Positions 48,610-57,198 of a stretch of 64,000 nt of DNA are shown here, one piece after another. Both the position numbers and the translations under genes were made by a program. This DNA comes from a bacterium (GTDB taxonomy: Bacteria; Patescibacteriota; Minisyncoccia; Phycocordibacterales; Phycocordibacteraceae), in NCBI GenBank assembly GCA_027311385.1, contig DAICZA010000001.1:5271-69270 (forward strand). Direction: 5' to 3'. The notes under the pieces were generated by a model. That model was not told the origin of the DNA. It saw nothing but the letters and a program-made list of their open reading frames with translations, and did not search any database. How positions within the stretch are numbered: position 1 is the stretch's first letter; each line of letters begins with the position of its first letter.

Positions 48610-49656
48610 TTAACCGGGGAAAACGATCCCGGCGGCTTCGTAGTCTTCGCGATACGGTCCGTAGGTATCCGGAGCAACGAACGCCAGCACAACTTCGCCG
48701 GATTCATTGCGCACGCTGTCGAGCTTTCCCCGAAACTTCAGGGAGAGGACCGAGAGCAATCCCCCGGCGAGGGCAAATCCGGTACTTTCGCCGCCGATGA
48801 TTTTTTTCCCGGGGTCATCCGGAGCATGTTGCCAGAGAGCCGCGCTGAAGGTGAGCGACTCGTGCAGACCGACGTAATTCACGTCGTCGGCGAGCATACG
48901 CCACGGCAATCCGGGTTTTCCGCCGAGATGGAGACCGATTTCGGTGCGGACACCGCCGACGGAACCATAAGGCTCAACAGCAACCGCCACACAATGCAAC
49001 CGGTGGGGCCGTGCCCGATTTTTGAATGCCTCTTTCAGCGAGAGAACCGTTCCGGAAAAAGTCCCGCCGCTGCCGACGCCGCACACCAGAATGCCGAGCT
49101 CCGGCAACTGCCGCGCGATTTCAGTTCCTATGTCCATATAGGAATCGGGATTATCGGGATTCCAGTACTGCTGTGTGTACCAGTAGCCGTGCCGGCGCGC
49201 GAGATCTTCCGCCCATTTCATCGCGTGGACCGCATTGTCGGCGAATTCAAGTTCAATGCGTTTGTTCGCACGCAACCGGGCAATTTTCCCCGGCTGGAGC
49301 GAACGCGGTACGACGGCGAGAACACGCTTGATCGGGAAGTCCGGCGCCAGCACGAGCAACCGCTCAACTACCCAGGCAAGCCCTTCGCCGAAGTTCCCCG
49401 ATGTGGACTCCACGATGGTGTCCGTACTGAGGTACTCGCCGCGTTCAATGCCGCGTGCGATGATGCCGCCGGCCGGCCATACCTTAATGTTCTTGACCTC
49501 GTTTTCGTAGCCGATGACGGCATGCAAGCGAATCCGATTTTCAAGACAAAATTCGTCCCACGGCCTCGGAAGCACCTGCCGGTCTACTTCAACCACCCGA
49601 GGCACAGCACGACCATTGTTCAGGTCGTACCATGTTGCATCCATTACTGTGTTCAT
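48610..49656 (-). CDS. PLP-dependent cysteine-synthase-family enzyme (divergent)
   Basis: IVESTSGNFG, QYWNPDNP, CGVGSGGT, GESTG, APD. Confidence 0.8.
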   Translation of the reverse strand: MNTVMDATWYDLNNGRAVPRVVEVDRQVLPRPWDEFCLENRIRLHAVIGYENEVKNIKVWPAGGIIARGIERGEYLSTDTIVESTSGNFGEGLAWVVERLLVLAPDFPIKRVLAVVPRSLQPGKIARLRANKRIELEFADNAVHAMKWAEDLARRHGYWYTQQYWNPDNPDSYMDIGTEIARQLPELGILVCGVGSGGTFSGTVLSLKEAFKNRARPHRLHCVAVAVEPYGSVGGVRTEIGLHLGGKPGLPWRMLADDVNYVGLHESLTFSAALWQHAPDDPGKKIIGGESTGFALAGGLLSVLSLKFRGKLDSVRNESGEVVLAFVAPDTYGPYREDYEAAGIVFPG

Positions 49657-49799
49657 TCCGTTCTCCTCTGAAAAATGGAAACAAAAGAAGGCGTTGTTGT
49701 GCCCTTCTTAACCGTAAAGGGCTCCCGGCTGGAGCATACTCCCTCCCCGCCGCGGACGCCACTTTTTGCAGTATGGGCGGGATGCCCTATACTGCCCGT

Positions 49800-50498
49800 A
49801 TGGATTCATCAACACCCCAGCCCGCCAAGCTCATCACCGTTGACGGCGTCACCTATGAACGGATTCCCATCAAGGTGCCGCGCCTGATTGAGTTTGGCGA
49901 GAATCTTGAACAGGTCATCAAAGCGTATCTCCTGCCCCACTACCAAAAGGGCGACTGGGTGGCGCTCTCCGAGAAACTTATCTCTGTTTCGCAGAATCGC
50001 GTCCGGCACATCTCTACGGTGAAGGTGACGTGGCTCGCGCGCTTCATCCAGAAGGGCGTGAAGAAGCATAAAAATATGACGGCGTGGAACAATCCGGCGA
50101 AAATCCAGGTCGCGATAGAAGAGGCCGGCGTGTGGCGGATTCTCCCGGCGATGGTCATCGGCGCTCTCGGCAAACTCGTCGGCATCCGCGGACTCTTCTG
50201 GATTATCGCGGGAAACCGCGTCTCGGAGATTGACGGCTTCATCCCCGAGGATATGTATCCGTACACCGAGTGGGCCGTGCTCCCGCCGCCGGACCCGCAG
50301 GGCGATTGCGACCGCATTGAACGCGACCTCGGGATACCGAACATCACCGGCGATATGAATTTCATCGGCGTAAAGATTCTGGGGGTAAGCTCGGGCGTCG
50401 GTATGGATAAGAAAACCGTGCGGAAGATTTTGCTGGACAATCCGCTCGGACAGGGCAATAAGATGACGCCGTTCTGCCTCGTCCGCCGCGCCGGCTAA
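49800..50498 (+). CDS. CofE-like (F420-0:glutamate ligase family) protein
   Basis: ALSEKLISVSQ, IDG, DNPLGQG..TP motifs. Confidence 0.65.
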   Translation: MDSSTPQPAKLITVDGVTYERIPIKVPRLIEFGENLEQVIKAYLLPHYQKGDWVALSEKLISVSQNRVRHISTVKVTWLARFIQKGVKKHKNMTAWNNPAKIQVAIEEAGVWRILPAMVIGALGKLVGIRGLFWIIAGNRVSEIDGFIPEDMYPYTEWAVLPPPDPQGDCDRIERDLGIPNITGDMNFIGVKILGVSSGVGMDKKTVRKILLDNPLGQGNKMTPFCLVRRAG

Positions 50499-50505
50499 AC
50501 ACACT

Positions 50506-51285
50506 ATGCATCTGCGCAGCAGGATAAAGCGATACGTGCCGTGGCCGCTCCACTACCTGTACCGGAAGCTGTACTACGCGCCGCAAGACCTTCCCGCCAT
50601 CGCCGGATTCCTCTTTCATACAACCGCATCGCCGACAACCTTCGGCGAGCGCCTGCGGCTCGTCGGCGCGTTCTACCGCATTTCCTACCGGGTGGACTGC
50701 CCGCACACGGAGCACGAGCTCATCACCATCGCGCGCGCCATCCTCAATCTCGGCACCAACGTCCCGGGTGTCATCGTTGAAGCGGGCGCCTACCACGGCG
50801 GAAGCACAACGAAGCTGAGTCTGGTCGCGAAGCTCGCCAAGCGGAAACTCGCGGTCTTTGATTCCTTTGAGGGGATGCCGGAAAACACCGAGGCGGGCGG
50901 CGCGAGCATCTACGGGCGCGAGCACCACTTCCCGAAAGGAAGCCACGCCGTCGGCCTGGAAGAAGTCCGGCACAACGTCGCGACGTACGGCGACAGCTCC
51001 CGCGTGAGTTTCCATAAAGGGTGGCTGAGCGACACTCTGAAAGACTTCACCGAGCCGGTCGCCGCCGCGTGTATGAACGTGGACCTCGCCCAGTCCACCA
51101 AAGACTGTTTGAAATATTTGTATCCGCTCACGAGCGCGGGCGGCGTGATTTTCTCGCAGGACGCGCACTTCCCCTGGATTATTGAACTCCTCGGCGATGC
51201 GGCGTTCTGGGAAAAGGAACTCGGGGTACCGAAGCCGGTAATACGGAATCTCGGCTCCTCAAAGTTCGTCGCCATCCCGCGCTAG
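50506..51285 (+). CDS. TylF/MycF/NovP-family O-methyltransferase
   Basis: VPGVIVEAGAYHGGS, FDSFEGMP, KGWLSDTL, VDL. Confidence 0.85.
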   Translation: MHLRSRIKRYVPWPLHYLYRKLYYAPQDLPAIAGFLFHTTASPTTFGERLRLVGAFYRISYRVDCPHTEHELITIARAILNLGTNVPGVIVEAGAYHGGSTTKLSLVAKLAKRKLAVFDSFEGMPENTEAGGASIYGREHHFPKGSHAVGLEEVRHNVATYGDSSRVSFHKGWLSDTLKDFTEPVAAACMNVDLAQSTKDCLKYLYPLTSAGGVIFSQDAHFPWIIELLGDAAFWEKELGVPKPVIRNLGSSKFVAIPR

Positions 51286-51353
51286 CCGTTCATCTGTGCA
51301 TTACGGCGCCGACATACGGCGCGTGATGCTACTATGAAAGTGCTCGCGCTTCT

Positions 51354-52703
51354 ATGGACCCGATTTTTATAGCGAACATTGTCGCGCTGCTTTTTTCCTT
51401 CTTTGTCGTTGGAGCAATTCTCGGTGCCGTTTTTTCAAAACCGGAGACGAGGAAAACACTCCTCACGGAGACCGCGCGGCGGCTTCGCGTGCTTATGTTC
51501 GGGTGGGAATTCCCGCCCTTTAATAGCGGCGGCTTGGGTGTCGCCTGCCACGGACTCGTCCGCGCGCTCTCCGGCAAAAATCTGGACATCACCTTCGTTA
51601 TGCCGAAGCGCCTGCCCGACGCAGTCCCCTACGCGAAAATGGTTTCGGCTGAAATAGAAAAAATAACCGGCTCTTCGGTTAGTTATTCGGTTAATTCCCC
51701 CGTTACTCCCTATGTTTCCAGCGAATCGTACGCAAAATATACGGACGGCACGCCGGTGTACGGTTCGGACCTCGTGAGCGAGGCGAGGCGCTATGCGCAG
51801 TTTGGCGCAAAAATAGCGGCGCAGGAACCGCACGACATTATCTACGCGCACGATTGGCTCTCCTTCGGCGCCGGAAGAGCCGCGAAACGCGTCTCCAAGA
51901 AACCGTTCATCGCCCACGTACACTCCACCGAGTTTGACCGGGTAGGCGGCGATACTGTAGACCAAAACATTTACGACCTTGAACGCGCCGGAATGCACGA
52001 AGCCGACCGTGTTGTCACCGTGTCGGGCAGGACAAAAGACATCGTCGTCGGGCGCTACGGCGTACCGAAAAACAAAGTGCAGGCGGTGTGGAACGGCATT
52101 GACGGCACGACGGCGCCCGCCCCCGATCCTTCCGTTCCGGCACGGCTTTCGGCGCTGAAGAAAGCCGGGTACAAGATTGTCCTCTTCATGGGGCGCATCA
52201 CCATCCAAAAAGGCCCGGATTATTTTGTACGCGCGGCGCGGCGCGTCATTGACCGCGACCCGAACGTGCTCTTCATCCTTGCCGGCTCCGGCAATATGGA
52301 GCGGCAAATGATGCACCTTGCCGCGTCGCTTGGGATCGCCGACAAAATGTTGTTCCCGGGATTTTTGCGCGGGGCGGAGCAGCACGAGGCCTACGCGCTC
52401 GCCGACCTGTTCGTGATGCCGTCGGTCTCCGAACCGTTCGGGCTCGCGGCTCTGGAAGCTATGCGGATCGGGACGCCGGTTATCGTCTCAAAACAATCCG
52501 GCGTCGCCGAGGCAGTCAGCAATGCCCTCCAGGTGGACTTCTGGGACGTTGAGAAGATGGCGGACCTCATACTCTCCGTGCTTGAATCTCCCGCACTGCG
52601 CGATGCACTCTCAAAAAAGGGTATCGCCGAGGCCGCCGGCCTGACCTGGGACCGTTCGGCAGACGAGGTGCGAACGCTTATAGATCAACTCGTACCTGCT
52701 TAA
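51354..52703 (+). CDS. Glycosyltransferase family 4
   Basis: FGWEFPP..SGGLG, HDW, HSTEFDR, SEPFGL. Confidence 0.9.
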   Translation: MDPIFIANIVALLFSFFVVGAILGAVFSKPETRKTLLTETARRLRVLMFGWEFPPFNSGGLGVACHGLVRALSGKNLDITFVMPKRLPDAVPYAKMVSAEIEKITGSSVSYSVNSPVTPYVSSESYAKYTDGTPVYGSDLVSEARRYAQFGAKIAAQEPHDIIYAHDWLSFGAGRAAKRVSKKPFIAHVHSTEFDRVGGDTVDQNIYDLERAGMHEADRVVTVSGRTKDIVVGRYGVPKNKVQAVWNGIDGTTAPAPDPSVPARLSALKKAGYKIVLFMGRITIQKGPDYFVRAARRVIDRDPNVLFILAGSGNMERQMMHLAASLGIADKMLFPGFLRGAEQHEAYALADLFVMPSVSEPFGLAALEAMRIGTPVIVSKQSGVAEAVSNALQVDFWDVEKMADLILSVLESPALRDALSKKGIAEAAGLTWDRSADEVRTLIDQLVPA

Positions 52704-52704
52704 T

Positions 52705-53910
52705 ATGACGTCGGTCTGCCTCTATCTGCAAATACATCAACCCTACCGCCTGAAGCGGTACACGGTCTTTGACATCGGTCATGACCGCGACTATTTCAAT
52801 GAGAACGGCGAGAACGATCTCAACAACCGCCGCCTGATGCGCAAAGTCGCCGAGAAATCCTATCTGCCGACCGCTGCGCTCCTGCTCCGGCTTCTGGAGG
52901 CGCATCCCGAGTTCAAGGTCTCTCTCTCCTTCTCCGGCGTCGTCCTGGAACAGATGGAACGCGACGCTCCGGAGGTGCTTGCACTCTTCACGCGGCTGGT
53001 CGCGACCGGCCGCGTTGAAGTGCTCGGCGAAACGTACTATCACTCGCTCTCCTTCTTCTACTCGCGCGCGGAGTTTGAGCGGCAGGTGGCACTGCACCGC
53101 GAACTCATCCGGCGGCTTTTCGGCGTTAGTCCGCGTGTCTTCCGCAACACCGAACTGGCGTACCGTAACGACCTGGGCACCTGGGCCGATGCGCACGGAT
53201 ACGCGGGTGTCATCACCGAGGGCTGGGACCCTGTTCTCGGGTGGCGAAGCCCGAATTACGTCTATCGCCCGCAGGGCGCGAAAAATGCGCGGCTCCTCCT
53301 CAAAAACTATCGTCTCTCGGACGACATCGCATTCAGATTCTCATCGCAATCCTGGGCGGGGTGGCCGCTGACGACCGAGAAATTCGGCCAATGGGTGGCG
53401 GCGGCGGAGGGCGATACGGTGAACCTCTTTATGGATTTTGAAACTTTTGGCGAACATCAATGGGAATCAACCGGCATTTTCAATTTCCTTGAACACCTGC
53501 CGAACGAACTCCTCAAGAATCCGCGCGTTGATTTCAAGACGCCCTCGGAAGTCATCGCCGCATACGAACCGAAAGATGAAATTGACGTCCCCTCCATCCT
53601 CACGTGGGCGGACACCGACCGCGACCTCACCGCCTGGGTCGGCAACGACCTTCAGCGCTCCGCCATCGGCACGCTCTATGGTATGGAAACGGGCGTGCTC
53701 GCGCGCAATGATGAAAAACTTACCGAGGATTGGCGCCGCCTCCAGACATCCGACCACTTCTACTATATGTGCACGAAGTGGTTCGCTGACGGCGATGTGC
53801 ACGCGTATTTCTCACCCTACTCAACTCCCTACGACGCGTACTCGTCCTATATGAGCGCGCTGAAAGACATGGAACTGCGCCTCCGGACGGCTCCGGTCGG
53901 TTCACCATAA
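52705..53910 (+). CDS. Glycoside hydrolase family 57
   Basis: HQP, ETYYHS, RNTE, DFETFGEH, QTSDHFYYM. Confidence 0.92.
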   Translation: MTSVCLYLQIHQPYRLKRYTVFDIGHDRDYFNENGENDLNNRRLMRKVAEKSYLPTAALLLRLLEAHPEFKVSLSFSGVVLEQMERDAPEVLALFTRLVATGRVEVLGETYYHSLSFFYSRAEFERQVALHRELIRRLFGVSPRVFRNTELAYRNDLGTWADAHGYAGVITEGWDPVLGWRSPNYVYRPQGAKNARLLLKNYRLSDDIAFRFSSQSWAGWPLTTEKFGQWVAAAEGDTVNLFMDFETFGEHQWESTGIFNFLEHLPNELLKNPRVDFKTPSEVIAAYEPKDEIDVPSILTWADTDRDLTAWVGNDLQRSAIGTLYGMETGVLARNDEKLTEDWRRLQTSDHFYYMCTKWFADGDVHAYFSPYSTPYDAYSSYMSALKDMELRLRTAPVGSP

Positions 53911-53915
53911 TCGCT

Positions 53916-55892
53916 ATGCGCGCTCTTATCCTCGGCAACGGTTCGCTCCTCGTCACACTTGATGCGACCGGCGAGGTCCGCGACCTCTATTTCCCCCATG
54001 CCGGACTGGAGAATCATACCGGCGGCGATACCCGGCACCGAATCGGCGTATATTGCGACGGCGCGCTCTCGTGGCTTTCGGAAGACCCGCGGTGGGAAAT
54101 ACAGGTGTCCTGCGAGGAGGACTCCCTTGAGAGCCGCATTACCGCGAAGAATCCGGCGATTGAGGTTGAACTCGCGTTCCGCGATATCGTCTACAACGAG
54201 AGTTCAATATTCCTCCGCCAGATTACGGTCACGAACCGCGCCGCACGGGCGCGGGAGATTAAGTTGTATCTCGGGCATAAATTCACCATCGGCCAATCCC
54301 ACGGCGGCGAAACCGCCTACTTTGACCCGGCGACCAAAGTCATTATCCACTACAAGGGTAAACGCGCCTTTCTCATAAATGCGGAGTGCGACGGGGTGCC
54401 GTTCTCGGACTATGCCATCGGCATTACGCACTTTGAAGGAAAGCAAGGCACGTACCGCGACGCGGAAGACGGGGCGCTCTCAAAAAATCCGATTGAACAC
54501 GGGCATGTTGACTCGGTCATCGGGTTGTATAACCGGTACGAGGCGGGAGCAGAAAAGCAGGTCCGCTACTGGCTTGCGGTCGGCGATTCAATTGAACGGA
54601 CGCTGGAACTGAACGCGTATGTGCTCAAGAAGAGTCCCGAGCACCTCGTGAAGACCGCCGGGAATTATTGGCAGGCGTGGATTAACCGGTACCCGTGGAG
54701 TTTCTATCGTATGTCTCCCAAGACCGTAGCACTTTTCAAGAAATCGCTTATGTTCGTACGCGCGCACGTGGACGACGGCGGCGGCATCATCGCTTCCGCC
54801 GACGCGGCGGTTCTGCAATTCGGAGAAGACACGTACGCTTATGTCTGGCCGCGCGACGCGTCCTACGCGGCGCTCGCGCTTGACCATGCCGGCGACACCA
54901 ATGTCGCGGAACGGTTCTTCAATTTCTGCAACGCGGTCATCAGCAAAGACGGATATTTCATGCACAAATATCTGCCCGACCGTTCGCTCGGCTCTTCGTG
55001 GCACCCGTGGATACGGGACGGCGTAGAACAATTACCCATCCAGGAAGACGAGACGTCACTCGTCATCTGGGCGCTCGCCAAACACTATACGCACAGCCAC
55101 GACCTGGAGTTCATAGAATCCCTCTACAATTCTCTCATAGAAAAGGCGGCGAATTTTATGGCGGCGTACCGCGACACCGCAACCGGACTCCCGAAACCGT
55201 CGTACGACCTCTGGGAACAGAAGCACGGCGTCTCAACGTTTACTTCCGCCGCCGTGTACGGTGCACTCTCGGTCACCGCCGACCTTGCCGGCATTCTCGG
55301 GAAGGAAGACCGCAAGCAATTCTACCTCGCCGCCGCCACCGAGGTTCGCGAGGGAATCCTGACCCATCTGTTTGACCCGGAAACGGGGAGGTTCGCGAAA
55401 ATGATTGAGACCGTTGACCGGAAAACGGTGTACGACTCCCGGACGGATATCTCAAGCGTATACGGAGTCCTTTCTTTCGGCGTACTGCCGCCGGATGACC
55501 CCCGGCTTGCAAAAGCATTTGAGAATACGGTTGCACGATTGTCGGTCCAGGGCGGCGTTATGCGCTATGAGGATGACCACTATTATGATGACAACGCGGC
55601 GGACGGCGTCAGCAATCCCTGGTTCATTACGACGCTTTGGTACGCGGAATACCTCACGGCGCGCGCAAAAAGCGAAGAAGATTTTGCAAAAGTGCGGGAC
55701 ATTTTTGAGTGGGTCGCCCGCCACGCACTGTCTTCCGGCGTCCTTTCCGAACAGTTATCGGCAACAGACGGCACCCAGCGTTCGGTCGCCCCGCTTATGT
55801 GGAGCCACGCCGCCTACGTAAACGCCGTCTTGAATTATCTTGACCGGCTCGCGGAGGTCGGCATCTGTCCGGCCTGCAATCCGGTCCCGTGA
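53916..55892 (+). CDS. Glycoside hydrolase family 15 (glucoamylase-like)
   Basis: YVWPRD, QEDET, DLWE, LSEQ, PLMWSHA. Confidence 0.92.
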   Translation: MRALILGNGSLLVTLDATGEVRDLYFPHAGLENHTGGDTRHRIGVYCDGALSWLSEDPRWEIQVSCEEDSLESRITAKNPAIEVELAFRDIVYNESSIFLRQITVTNRAARAREIKLYLGHKFTIGQSHGGETAYFDPATKVIIHYKGKRAFLINAECDGVPFSDYAIGITHFEGKQGTYRDAEDGALSKNPIEHGHVDSVIGLYNRYEAGAEKQVRYWLAVGDSIERTLELNAYVLKKSPEHLVKTAGNYWQAWINRYPWSFYRMSPKTVALFKKSLMFVRAHVDDGGGIIASADAAVLQFGEDTYAYVWPRDASYAALALDHAGDTNVAERFFNFCNAVISKDGYFMHKYLPDRSLGSSWHPWIRDGVEQLPIQEDETSLVIWALAKHYTHSHDLEFIESLYNSLIEKAANFMAAYRDTATGLPKPSYDLWEQKHGVSTFTSAAVYGALSVTADLAGILGKEDRKQFYLAAATEVREGILTHLFDPETGRFAKMIETVDRKTVYDSRTDISSVYGVLSFGVLPPDDPRLAKAFENTVARLSVQGGVMRYEDDHYYDDNAADGVSNPWFITTLWYAEYLTARAKSEEDFAKVRDIFEWVARHALSSGVLSEQLSATDGTQRSVAPLMWSHAAYVNAVLNYLDRLAEVGICPACNPVP

Positions 55893-56026
55893 GCCGCTAG
55901 CGCACACCAGATCGGCGACGAACTGGGGTCGGGCGGCAACGACGAAGCGGTCTATAAAACAGACGCGCAAAAACTATATTTTAAGGCGTCTTTTGGTTGT
56001 TGCAGTGTTTGATTTATAAAAAGTGC

Positions 56027-56054
56027 TTGACAGGATTTTATAACCTGCTATGAT
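56027..56054 (+). promoter_or_regulatory. Sigma70-type promoter
   Basis: TTGACA-16 nt-TATGAT. Confidence 0.7.
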
Positions 56055-56060
56055 AGCACT

Positions 56061-56342
56061 ACGTTCTAGTCGGGAGGAGATTCCTGCCCCAACGAGCGTT
56101 GTGCCGGCGAGGCTTCGGTCACGCTTTGCACAGGAGGTAGATGTACCTGGAGAGAGAGTAGGAGGTCGGCTGCCTAGGAGCCGATAACATTCGGTCTCAT
56201 GAACCGAATCGTTCCGCGGAAATTCCGCCAGTGCGGCGGGGGAGCTCTGAAAGGACGGGATGAGCTCCGTCGTTTTGTGCCGGATCGCCCAAGGGCGATC
56301 CACGGGGTGAAGGTTGACCGCAGGTCTCCTTCACCCCTTTTA
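56061..56342 (+). ncRNA. Candidate structured ncRNA of unknown family
   Basis: Lies between the promoter and a GGGGTGAAGG/CCTTCACCCC-TTTT terminator; several hairpins; no credible ORF. Confidence 0.45.
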
Positions 56343-56424
56343 TTTTTCTATACTCAATTCTTCATAAGCCGCACGAGGCGGATGGTTTCAAACGAGTGAG
56401 TTCATTTGTTTTGTCCACAAATCA

Positions 56425-56449
56425 ATGATGGGTTTCCGAAACCCATCAT
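56425..56449. repeat. REP-like palindrome copy 1
   Basis: ATGATGGGTTTC-C-GAAACCCATCAT perfect inverted repeat. Confidence 0.85.
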
Positions 56450-56451
56450 GT

Positions 56452-57153
56452 ATGATGAGGAAGATGGAACTTTGGCACGCACTCAATCGGGGCGTTGACG
56501 GAAGAGATCTCTTTCTAGATTCTCAAGATTATGCACGCTTTGTTCACAATCTCTACGAATTTAACGACGTAGCCCCAGCTGATAATCTTGTGCGTCTCTT
56601 TGATCCTTCTGGTATGAGGGATTTCCGAAACCCTTCATTTAGGAAAAGCCGCAAGATGTTGGTGGATATTCACGGGTGGACATTGATGAAGAACCATTAT
56701 CATCTTTTGCTATCCGAAAGAATCGAAAACGGTATTAGATTATTTCTTCGCAAACTGAATGTTGGCTATGCAAATTATTTCAACAAACGCTACGAACGGA
56801 AAGGAACCCTTTTCCAAGGACATACAAAGAAAATATTGATCGTGCGCCAATCGCATTTTCTTTATATTCTCCATTATTTGCACCTTAATCCGCTTGATTA
56901 TCTTTCAGGTGCACAAGAATGGCGTCTGCGCAGTAAAAACGGGATCCGGGGCACGGGAGCAGCATTAGAACATCTTGACTCATATCGCTGGAGCAGTTAT
57001 CTCGATTATACTGGCAAAAAGAACTTCCCTTCTATTCTTACCCCGTCTCTTTTTAAGAATGTGCTCGGTGACTATCGCGATTCGCTCAAGGAATATCTTC
57101 ATGACGCCGAGTATGAATACGATGACGGTATAACGAGACTGACTATGGAATGA
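56452..57153 (+). CDS. REP-associated tyrosine (Y1/HUH) transposase, RAYT-like
   Basis: HALNRG, LMKNHYHLLL (HUH), YFNKRYERKGTLFQ, YLHLNP, YRWSSY; AT-rich relative to flanks. Confidence 0.88.
   Translation: MMRKMELWHALNRGVDGRDLFLDSQDYARFVHNLYEFNDVAPADNLVRLFDPSGMRDFRNPSFRKSRKMLVDIHGWTLMKNHYHLLLSERIENGIRLFLRKLNVGYANYFNKRYERKGTLFQGHTKKILIVRQSHFLYILHYLHLNPLDYLSGAQEWRLRSKNGIRGTGAALEHLDSYRWSSYLDYTGKKNFPSILTPSLFKNVLGDYRDSLKEYLHDAEYEYDDGITRLTME
56614..56638. repeat. REP-like palindrome copy 2 (inside the transposase ORF)
   Basis: ATGAGGGATTTCCGAAACCCTTCAT. Confidence 0.75.
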
Positions 57154-57174
57154 TGGGTTTCGGAAACCCTTCAT
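57150..57174. repeat. REP-like palindrome copy 3 (inverted; contains the transposase stop)
   Basis: ATGATGGGTTTCGGAAACCCTTCAT. Confidence 0.85.
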
Positions 57175-57198
57175 CGGGAGTGATTGAGAACATACTCG

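Noticed and set aside
51354-55892. GT4-GH57-GH15 cluster as a novel system
   Set aside because: A recognised, widespread alpha-glucan metabolism gene trio
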